A DNA stretch of 64,000 nt from Candidatus Nomurabacteria bacterium (GTDB lineage: Bacteria; Patescibacteriota; Minisyncoccia; Phycocordibacterales; UBA5272), in NCBI GenBank assembly GCA_028286645.1, contig JAQBRF010000003.1:12323-76322 (forward strand). Direction: 5' to 3'. This document shows positions 57,778-64,000 of this stretch, one piece after another. How positions within the stretch are numbered: the stretch's first letter is position 1; every line of letters begins with the position of its first letter. The position numbers and the translations under genes were made by a program. The notes below the pieces were generated by a model. It saw only the letters and a list, made by a program, of their open reading frames with translations. It ran no database searches and was not told the origin of the DNA.

Positions 57778-57883
57778 AAAAAGTCCCCGCCGAAACGGGG
57801 GCCAAAACTCAAGCGATATCACCACGCATACGAGCAATATGGAGGAGAGACTAATGTACATCGACGGATGCAGGAATTAGCCC
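57778..57883 (-). ncRNA. Candidate sRNA or attenuator with a pyrimidine (anti-SD-like) loop
   Basis: GGGCTAA/TTGGCCC closing stem, inner hairpin with loop containing TCTCTCCTCC, terminator plus U-run. Confidence 0.45.
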
Positions 57884-57948
57884 TAATTTAACATATGTAT
57901 ATATTTTAACTAATTACCAATGACTAATCACTAATAACTGTATATAAT

Positions 57949-59031
57949 ATGCCAATGACTCGCCTAGAAAAGGACTTTTCCCTTAAGAAGCACAATACTT
58001 TTCACTTAGATGTACATGCTAAATTTTTCGTAGAAGTCCATTCAAAAGAAGATTTAATAGAGGCTTTAAACATCCCAGAAGCCAGAGAGAACAAAATATT
58101 TATTTTAGGCGATGGAGCAAATGTTTTGTTTAAAAGCGACTTTAATGGCCTCATCATAAAAAACTCCATTAAAGGAATAAGGACCATCGAAGAAAATGAT
58201 GACCATGTAATTTTAGAAGTAGGATCAGGCGTTGACTGGCATGAACTCGTCACATATACAGTAAACAATAATCTTCAAGGAATAGAAAATCTTGCTTTCA
58301 TTCCAGGAACAGTGGGGGCTGCTCCAGTTCAAAATATCGCAGCCTACGGACAAGAACTGGCAGAGACATTTGAAACCCTGACAGCGATTAGTATAGAAAC
58401 TGGAGAGGAAAAAGTATTTACTAAAGAAGAATGCGAATTTAAATATAGAGATAGTATTTTTAAAGGAGAGCTAAAAGATAAATATTTTATTACGCAAGTT
58501 AGACTAAAACTTTCTAAGCATTTTAAAGGAGTAGACACAACATATCATTCACGATATGAGTCTCTTGAAAGTGAGCTTCAAAGTATCGCCACTCTACCAT
58601 ACAAACTCAAAGATATTTATAACGCCGTAATTAGCATAAGAAAGAAAAAGCTTCCACAGGTAGAAGAAATTGGAACTATCGGGTCTACATTTGCTAATCC
58701 ATTTATTACTCAGGAGCAATTAAAAGAACTACAAAAAATAGTTCCGCACGTGCAATTTTACCCAATCAATAAAATGCTATACCCGAAAATGGATGATCCC
58801 GCACTTATTGGCCTAGAAGTAGTAAAAGTCCCAGCAGGCTGGCTGCTTGAGGAAATGGGATATAAAGGAGTGCGTGATGGAAATGTCGGCACCTTTCCGC
58901 GTCACGCTCTTTGTGTGGTCGCGTACGATGGGGCCAGAGGAGAAGAGGTATATGCCTTTACCGAAAAAATGAGAGGTGATTTTAAAAAGAAATATGGAAT
59001 TACACTCAAGTACGAAGTGAATGTTATATAA
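57949..59031 (+). CDS. murB: UDP-N-acetylmuramate dehydrogenase
   Basis: LGDGANVLF, IPGTVGAAPVQNIAAYG, FKYRDSIFK, GSTFANP, EVN. Confidence 0.95.
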   Translation: MPMTRLEKDFSLKKHNTFHLDVHAKFFVEVHSKEDLIEALNIPEARENKIFILGDGANVLFKSDFNGLIIKNSIKGIRTIEENDDHVILEVGSGVDWHELVTYTVNNNLQGIENLAFIPGTVGAAPVQNIAAYGQELAETFETLTAISIETGEEKVFTKEECEFKYRDSIFKGELKDKYFITQVRLKLSKHFKGVDTTYHSRYESLESELQSIATLPYKLKDIYNAVISIRKKKLPQVEEIGTIGSTFANPFITQEQLKELQKIVPHVQFYPINKMLYPKMDDPALIGLEVVKVPAGWLLEEMGYKGVRDGNVGTFPRHALCVVAYDGARGEEVYAFTEKMRGDFKKKYGITLKYEVNVI

Positions 59032-59032
59032 A

Positions 59033-59058
59033 CCAGATGTTAGACATTAGATTTTAGA
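59033..59058 (+). repeat. Solo copy of the heptamer-built repeat
   Basis: ccagatgttagacattagattttaga, 25/26 identical to 37794-37819. Confidence 0.85.
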
Positions 59059-59123
59059 AAGTTTCCGGTTGCAAGTTTTCTCCGTCAAAGGACGGACCTC
59101 TCTCGTGGAAATTTTCAGTAAAA

Positions 59124-59156
59124 TAAAAATCCCGCGACAGAATGGCCGCGGGATTG
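59124..59156 (-). terminator. Intrinsic terminator
   Basis: aatcccgcg...cgcgggatt with T-run on the minus strand. Confidence 0.75.
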
Positions 59157-59178
59157 TATTGAACTAAGTCCCAGAAAT

Positions 59179-60027
59179 CTACCGAAGGTCTGTTTGCCGG
59201 GACATTGCTACCACCGCTGAAGACGTAGAGAAAACTCTTCTATTGTCTTCTACTACTTCGGCGTCATCATCAATATCCTCCAAAGTCTGAGTCGGGCGAG
59301 GAATACGAAACTGCTGGCTAACGGGAAAACTGCCGTCATCTAATTGCATTTCGAGCAATCTTTCCATAAGTGAGCGGTCGTATATTCCAAGTTTGGATTT
59401 AAGAAGAAGAGCCAGTGAAATTTCAACCGGGTCGGAGGAAATGCTTTCTCCATTTAAAAACCCCGCTTCATATCTCACATACCAGGGAGTACGCCACCAA
59501 TAAGATCGCGGATCCTCCTGCGCCAGCCTTTTGGTGATATACCAGCCAGCTTTAAATCGCGCCGTAGGATCCTGTACTACGTTGGCAGCTAAAGCTGTAA
59601 CACAGGGGTGGGGCTCTGCCCATCCACCTATTGGATACCCCATTTTAGCAAGAGTTGCTGGGAGGTAGGTTGAGACTCCCCCATCTTTCCCTTGATGAGC
59701 TAGAACGAAGCGCTCAGACTTATCGACGATCGAACGATCACGGAACCCCACCTTTGATAAAAACTGCAGAACTCTCAAAGTGGTGTCTGCGTCAGCTGGC
59801 ACGCGTTCGTTATAAGACCACCCCCCATTTTCCCCTTGCAAGGCAAGTAGCGCCTCCAGAGTTTCTTTAGGGGCCACACCAAATTCCGCAAGGCTCGATG
59901 CTACACACGCAGTAGTCCAGGCTAAGCTTGGGCCATGGCGCAACTGAAAAAAGTCTTGGCAGATGCCATCTTTTGTGCAACCAAGGAGGTATTCCGTAGC
60001 CGCACTTATAGCTTTCCTGTTATTCAT
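59179..60027 (-). CDS. Prenyltransferase / squalene-cyclase repeat protein (single-domain class II terpene cyclase-like)
   Basis: QW-type repeats LQGENGGW, HQGKDGGV, MQLDDGSF; GGWSY...DADTT; GAGGGG SD. Confidence 0.75.
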   Translation of the reverse strand: MNNRKAISAATEYLLGCTKDGICQDFFQLRHGPSLAWTTACVASSLAEFGVAPKETLEALLALQGENGGWSYNERVPADADTTLRVLQFLSKVGFRDRSIVDKSERFVLAHQGKDGGVSTYLPATLAKMGYPIGGWAEPHPCVTALAANVVQDPTARFKAGWYITKRLAQEDPRSYWWRTPWYVRYEAGFLNGESISSDPVEISLALLLKSKLGIYDRSLMERLLEMQLDDGSFPVSQQFRIPRPTQTLEDIDDDAEVVEDNRRVFSTSSAVVAMSRQTDLR

Positions 60028-60096
60028 GTAATACCCCTCTAAACGAATGAACATCTATAGGAATAAACCCTATCAGTATCTGTATAAAAAATCAAA

Positions 60097-60795
60097 TTAC
60101 CTCCCTTCAACTATCACCACAAACTCCCCTCGCACATGGTCTGGATTATTCTGAAAATATTCTTTTACTTCTTGTGCCGTTCCTCTAATTACCTCTTCAT
60201 GCATTTTTGTAAGCTCTCGCGCAATTACGATATTGCGAGGTTTAGAATTCTCTGTCGACTGCAAACTATCGACCATCGACTGCATTGTCTTTTCAATCCT
60301 ATGGACTGATTCATAAAACACTACCGCTCTATCAGACTCCGCGATTTCTTTAAATAAAGTTTCTCTCCCCTTCTTATGCGGCAAGAATCCTAAGAACACA
60401 AATTGAGCAGAAGATATTCCGGAGGCTGAAAGTGCTGTGGTTAACGCTGATGCGCCGGGAAGTGCGATTACTTTCACATCTGGCAATTCATTTCTGATTT
60501 TATCTACGAGTAATACTCCGGGGTCTGAAATAGTCGGCGTCCCAGCATCGGACACTAATGCTATCCGTTTTCCTTCCTCTAACATTTTCATAACGCGATC
60601 AATATTTTTTAATCCTGTTTGAGCAAAGAAAACGCTTGTTTTAGTTGTAATCTCATATTCCTTAAAAAGTCGCTGTGTGACGGACGTATCTTCGCACAGA
60701 ACCAAATCTACTTCTTTAAGCACGCGAATAGCCCGAAGTGTCATATCTTCGAGATTGCCTATCGGCGTGGGCACAATGTAAAGAGTTCCAGGCAT
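60097..60795 (-). CDS. rsmI: 16S rRNA C1402 2'-O-methyltransferase
   Basis: TPIGNLEDMTLRA, VSDAGTPTISDPG, ARELTKMHEE, RGEFV. Confidence 0.97.
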   Translation of the reverse strand: MPGTLYIVPTPIGNLEDMTLRAIRVLKEVDLVLCEDTSVTQRLFKEYEITTKTSVFFAQTGLKNIDRVMKMLEEGKRIALVSDAGTPTISDPGVLLVDKIRNELPDVKVIALPGASALTTALSASGISSAQFVFLGFLPHKKGRETLFKEIAESDRAVVFYESVHRIEKTMQSMVDSLQSTENSKPRNIVIARELTKMHEEVIRGTAQEVKEYFQNNPDHVRGEFVVIVEGR

Positions 60796-60816
60796 TCAAC
60801 TTATACTACCACAAGT

Positions 60817-61266
60817 CTATTTTATGGAATATTTGTCAAAATCTTCACCGCTTTTTATAAGCAATCTCTTTAGTTCCTCCGTAAACTCTGTTGTCTTTTC
60901 TGCCAAGTCAATCAATTCATCGGAGTTTGATAATACAGGGCTATCAGAATGCATTATTATGGCAATTGCCCAACTTTCTACCTTATTAACAAATTTTTTA
61001 ATTAACTTTATTTCTTCTTCATTTAAATAGACTCTTTCCACTACTAGAGGAGAAGATATTATTTTTATAACAACTACCAGCTCGTCTGAAATGTCTTTTA
61101 CCTCTTTGTTAAACAACCAATTCTTAGTCAAAGGATCAGGAGGATTAGAAACAACAAATTTCTTTATATCTTTATCCAATCTCTGAAATGTACTTAATAT
61201 TTGAGAAGTTACGGAGAAATCTTCTGGATTCTTTGGTATATAGTCATTCTCTAATCCGAATTTCAT
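60817..61266 (-). CDS. Hypothetical helical protein
   Basis: ORF only; start at MKFGLE. Confidence 0.55.
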   Translation of the reverse strand: MKFGLENDYIPKNPEDFSVTSQILSTFQRLDKDIKKFVVSNPPDPLTKNWLFNKEVKDISDELVVVIKIISSPLVVERVYLNEEEIKLIKKFVNKVESWAIAIIMHSDSPVLSNSDELIDLAEKTTEFTEELKRLLIKSGEDFDKYSIK

Positions 61267-61271
61267 AAAAG

Positions 61272-61683
61272 TTACCAAATACTAAATATATATCCAAGCA
61301 CTAGAAGCGTAATTAACTGATACCCTGCCACGATCAAAAACTTTTTCATGCGCAAACCTTTCTGTGAATCCCATATCACGCCTGCTGCTTGCGGCATCAT
61401 GAACCCAAGCCAGACAAAGAATGCAACTTGATATCCGCCTCCGTTCCATGCTTTCACAAAATTATAAAAGACATAACTTGTAAGTAAGCTCAAAACAAAC
61501 TGAAGCACATACATCATACCCACTCCTTTCATCGCTTCCTTTTGCTCTTCTTTGCTTAATTTATCAGCTCCCGTAATTTTCATCCACACCTTTCCAAACA
61601 TTGGGCCATACCAGATGCCTCCCGCTACGAATAAGAAAACAGCTCCTCCCAACACTGCCCAGTAATTTACTATTATATTCATA
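61272..61683 (-). CDS. DUF1761 family membrane protein
   Basis: VNYWAVL, GGIWYGPMFGKVW, WLGF, IVAGYQL; start position approximate. Confidence 0.8.
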
Positions 61684-61837
61684 TGCAGTAATACTATACC
61701 TGACAGGATTTTAAGCAAGTGGGTAAATGCATACATTGCTTACTGAGTAAAATCTTCAGGCAATTATATCTCCTATTTCCCCTTCATCTATGTCTATTCC
61801 ACGACCTCGAAGTACGGTCTGGCCTTAGCGGATTTGC

Positions 61838-62509
61838 TTATATCCCATTATTTAAACGTGTTTCTTCTATCTTTAAACCTTGCTCTCTGTGATTATAATC
61901 ATAATAAATCCGAAGGCCTTTCGTAGTTGTATAATTATCTGAAACGATAGTAATTTTTTCTCCGGACCATATGCTTTTATTTGTGTCCATTACAATTGAT
62001 TCTATGCATGAATCATACAAAGAGTAGTTACTTTCCACTATGCGATCTGCATCATTTACTTTAAGCCAAATTAGATAATTTTCTTCTCCCGCTCCGCACA
62101 TACCATTTGGATTGGCAGGATTTGAAACCATAGATACCTTAATAAGAATATACATATTTTTATCTTTCGTGGCCGCATCGAGTACGGATACCAAAGCATT
62201 TTTAAGTTTTACATATTTTTCCACCCCTTCTTTTAGAGTTTGAGGAAGTGCGAGCAAGATGGTTTTACTTGGAGATTGCAGTAAAAAACTACTTTCATTA
62301 AAAGACGCCTTATAATTTTCTTTGCTCTCTGGAAGAAAGGCAGTATTGTTACTAAGCTCTGATGTAACTGGCTTACCTTCACTTTCTAATGCTTTATCAT
62401 ACCCTCCGCCTATTATTGAAGGAGACCTTTTTGCTACATAAGACAGGTAAGCCACCGCGAGTACTAAAACTAATATAAGTATTGCCGAAATAATTATCCC
62501 TACTTTCAT
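61838..62509 (-). CDS. Hypothetical exported protein
   Basis: N-terminal TM; NGMCGAGEE Cys motif. Confidence 0.6.
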   Translation of the reverse strand: MKVGIIISAILILVLVLAVAYLSYVAKRSPSIIGGGYDKALESEGKPVTSELSNNTAFLPESKENYKASFNESSFLLQSPSKTILLALPQTLKEGVEKYVKLKNALVSVLDAATKDKNMYILIKVSMVSNPANPNGMCGAGEENYLIWLKVNDADRIVESNYSLYDSCIESIVMDTNKSIWSGEKITIVSDNYTTTKGLRIYYDYNHREQGLKIEETRLNNGI

Positions 62510-62620
62510 ACTACAATACTATACCTTATGCAACAACCTGAAAAGGGATAATACTCTGTATACGAGAATTAAAATCAAAATCGGAGAAGGCGTTAGAACC
62601 TTCGTCTTTTTACTTTCATG

Positions 62621-62693
62621 TGCGCGAACCAAGATTCGAACTTGGGACCGCTCGAGTATCAGTCGAGTGCTCTACCAGCTGAGCTATTCGCGC
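62621..62693 (-). tRNA. tRNA-Ile(GAT)
   Basis: GCGCGAATAGCTCAG...CTCGA-CT-GAT-AC-TCGAG...GTTCGAATC...TTCGCGCA. Confidence 0.95.
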
Positions 62694-62856
62694 ATATTTA
62701 TAAGAAAACAGATGACGGACTGATTCACTTACAGATTGCAGAGAGAATCAATTTATTTCTCTGTCTTCTGTTATCTGTTATCTGGGTTTATAAATCCTAT
62801 CATAAAATAGGTATTTTTGGAACGTGTTATGTCCTCGGCTTTGCTTTGCTTCATAA

Positions 62857-62886
62857 TAAAAAGCGCGGTCCCCGTAGGGCCGCGCC
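62857..62886 (-). terminator. Intrinsic terminator
   Basis: gcgcggtccc-gta-gggccgcgc with T-run on the minus strand. Confidence 0.75.
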
Positions 62887-62907
62887 GGTGCATCATGATG
62901 ATGATCT

Positions 62908-63042
62908 TTACTTCTCCACCTGAACCCCCGAATAGTACACGTTGGGGCCGCCGTTAACGTAAAGCATGAACAGCCCGGCGAGAGCGAGGGCGGCGATAAT
63001 CGCAGCCCTTAAATAACGATCTTTAAACTTTTTCGACACCAT
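62908..63042 (-). CDS. 44-aa single-TM peptide (not in the ORF track)
   Basis: MVSKKFKDRYLRAAIIAALALAGLFMLYVNGGPNVYYSGVQVEK; GAGGAG SD; terminator follows. Confidence 0.65.
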   Translation of the reverse strand: MVSKKFKDRYLRAAIIAALALAGLFMLYVNGGPNVYYSGVQVEK

Positions 63043-63056
63043 GAGACTCCTCACGT

Positions 63057-63227
63057 TTACTTGCGATGAATCGGTGCGACGCGCTTGCCCATCATGAAGT
63101 CTAACTTGTCGTTGACCTGGCTCCAGTCAACCAGGACATACATCCCTGCGAGAAAGCTCACGATTGCGGCAGCAGTCATCGCGGCGGCATGGAGGCTTTT
63201 CCGCCTCCGCGCCGAACGAGAGAACAT
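63057..63227 (-). CDS. 56-aa single-TM peptide (alternative in-frame TTG start at 63305)
   Basis: MFSRSARRRKSLHAAAMTAAAIVSFLAGMYVLV...; AAGGAG SD before both starts. Confidence 0.65.
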   Translation of the reverse strand: MFSRSARRRKSLHAAAMTAAAIVSFLAGMYVLVDWSQVNDKLDFMMGKRVAPIHRK

Positions 63228-63476
63228 GATTCTCTCCTTGGAAGGTTCCGCAGGTTCATGGCCCAGCGACTGAAACTGTACTAACTTGCTTGATTTAGCA
63301 CTCAAGATGGTCTCCTTTATGTGCTGATTTATGGGTGGACACCCTACCTATTAACGATAGCACATCTAGGTGTAAAAGTCAATAGATAAAACCCTTATAA
63401 ATCAATGGCAATTTGACTTATGGGTATTAAAAACATACGATAAAAATAAAGCGGGAAACCGTATACAACCTGAGGA

Positions 63477-63917
63477 ATGAAAATGCCTTTTACCGACGCA
63501 CAACGTAAGCGGCTGGAAAAACATGAGTGGGTAGTGACTACAGCAGATATCCCTAACACCATGTGGGCCCTTGCTGCAGAACTCGCCCGTCTGGGAGAAA
63601 TATCAACGGATGAACGCGGGAAGGAAATCCCATATAAAGGGAAAAAGATTCAGGTGCTACCAGTAGAACGATTTATTACGATTCAGCGGCTCGCTGACAA
63701 TCGCCGAGCACTCTCATTCAAATTCACAGCCTTTCATCGCGAACATGACTGGCAGGACTGGGAGAAGTTTGGCGAGGGAGTCAATATGGCCAAAGGAGAA
63801 ACGCGAGAACAAAAGCGTGCCGACAATCGCAGCGCTAAACAAACGAGAGAAAAGGTCGACAAAGTCAAAGAAGCAAATGACAAACTAGCCCTCCTCAGCC
63901 GAAGCCGGACGGAATGA
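63477..63917 (+). CDS. Orphan hypothetical protein
   Basis: TTGACT-17-TACGAT promoter, GAGG SD, terminator aatcctgtacc/ggtacaggatt downstream. Confidence 0.65.
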   Translation: MKMPFTDAQRKRLEKHEWVVTTADIPNTMWALAAELARLGEISTDERGKEIPYKGKKIQVLPVERFITIQRLADNRRALSFKFTAFHREHDWQDWEKFGEGVNMAKGETREQKRADNRSAKQTREKVDKVKEANDKLALLSRSRTE

Positions 63918-64000
63918 TCCACGGATGGCGAGGCCGCCCTTTCAATCCTGTACCGAGCTCTGCTCTGGTACAGGATTTATTTTTAAATTAATGGTCTCTT

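Noticed and set aside
57733-57861. N-terminal extension of ORF 57514-57861
   Set aside because: It crosses a terminator and a structured RNA candidate; the internal ATG at 57732 has its own -10 box.
62618-62923. 101-aa ORF on the plus strand
   Set aside because: It is the antisense reading of tRNA-Ile and a terminator.
1-64000. CRISPR array or cas genes
   Set aside because: No regularly spaced 25-45-bp direct repeats with unique spacers; the repeats found are heptameric or tRNA-derived.

Overview
64 kb of AT-rich bacterial chromosome, most consistent with a Patescibacteria/CPR (Parcubacteria-like) genome. That assignment is inferred from the compact housekeeping genes, HTH-fused MurA, stand-alone VirD4-like ATPase, tRNAs without encoded CCA and many short orphans. 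Core genes: rpsA, pth, lepB, hisS, rpsU-ybeY-ftsA-ftsZ, a trxB-like reductase, murA, murB, rlmH, tsaD and rsmI. The window also holds a MarR/MacAB-type efflux operon, a 13-kb surface-glycan locus (39.9-52.5 kb) and four tRNAs (Ser-CGA, Glu-TTC, Val-GAC, Ile-GAT). An accessory island at about 30.9-36.3 kb around tRNA-Glu/Val carries recombinase-tail remnants, a proteasome-beta-like Ntn hydrolase, a gene pair sharing an Asn/Gly-rich amyloid-like N-terminal motif, and a GIY-YIG mini-element. Most notable unexplained structure: (i) a four-helix-bundle gene bracketed by a perfect 25-bp heptamer-built inverted repeat, with near-identical solo copies elsewhere; (ii) two tandem, mutually complementary candidate small RNAs at 39.55-39.80 kb; (iii) a shared structured element on the 3' ends of different tRNAs; (iv) a split between apparently leaderless core genes and GC-richer SD-led orphans, plus a candidate sRNA with an anti-SD loop. 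No CRISPR array or rRNA was seen. All calls are by eye, without database searches.
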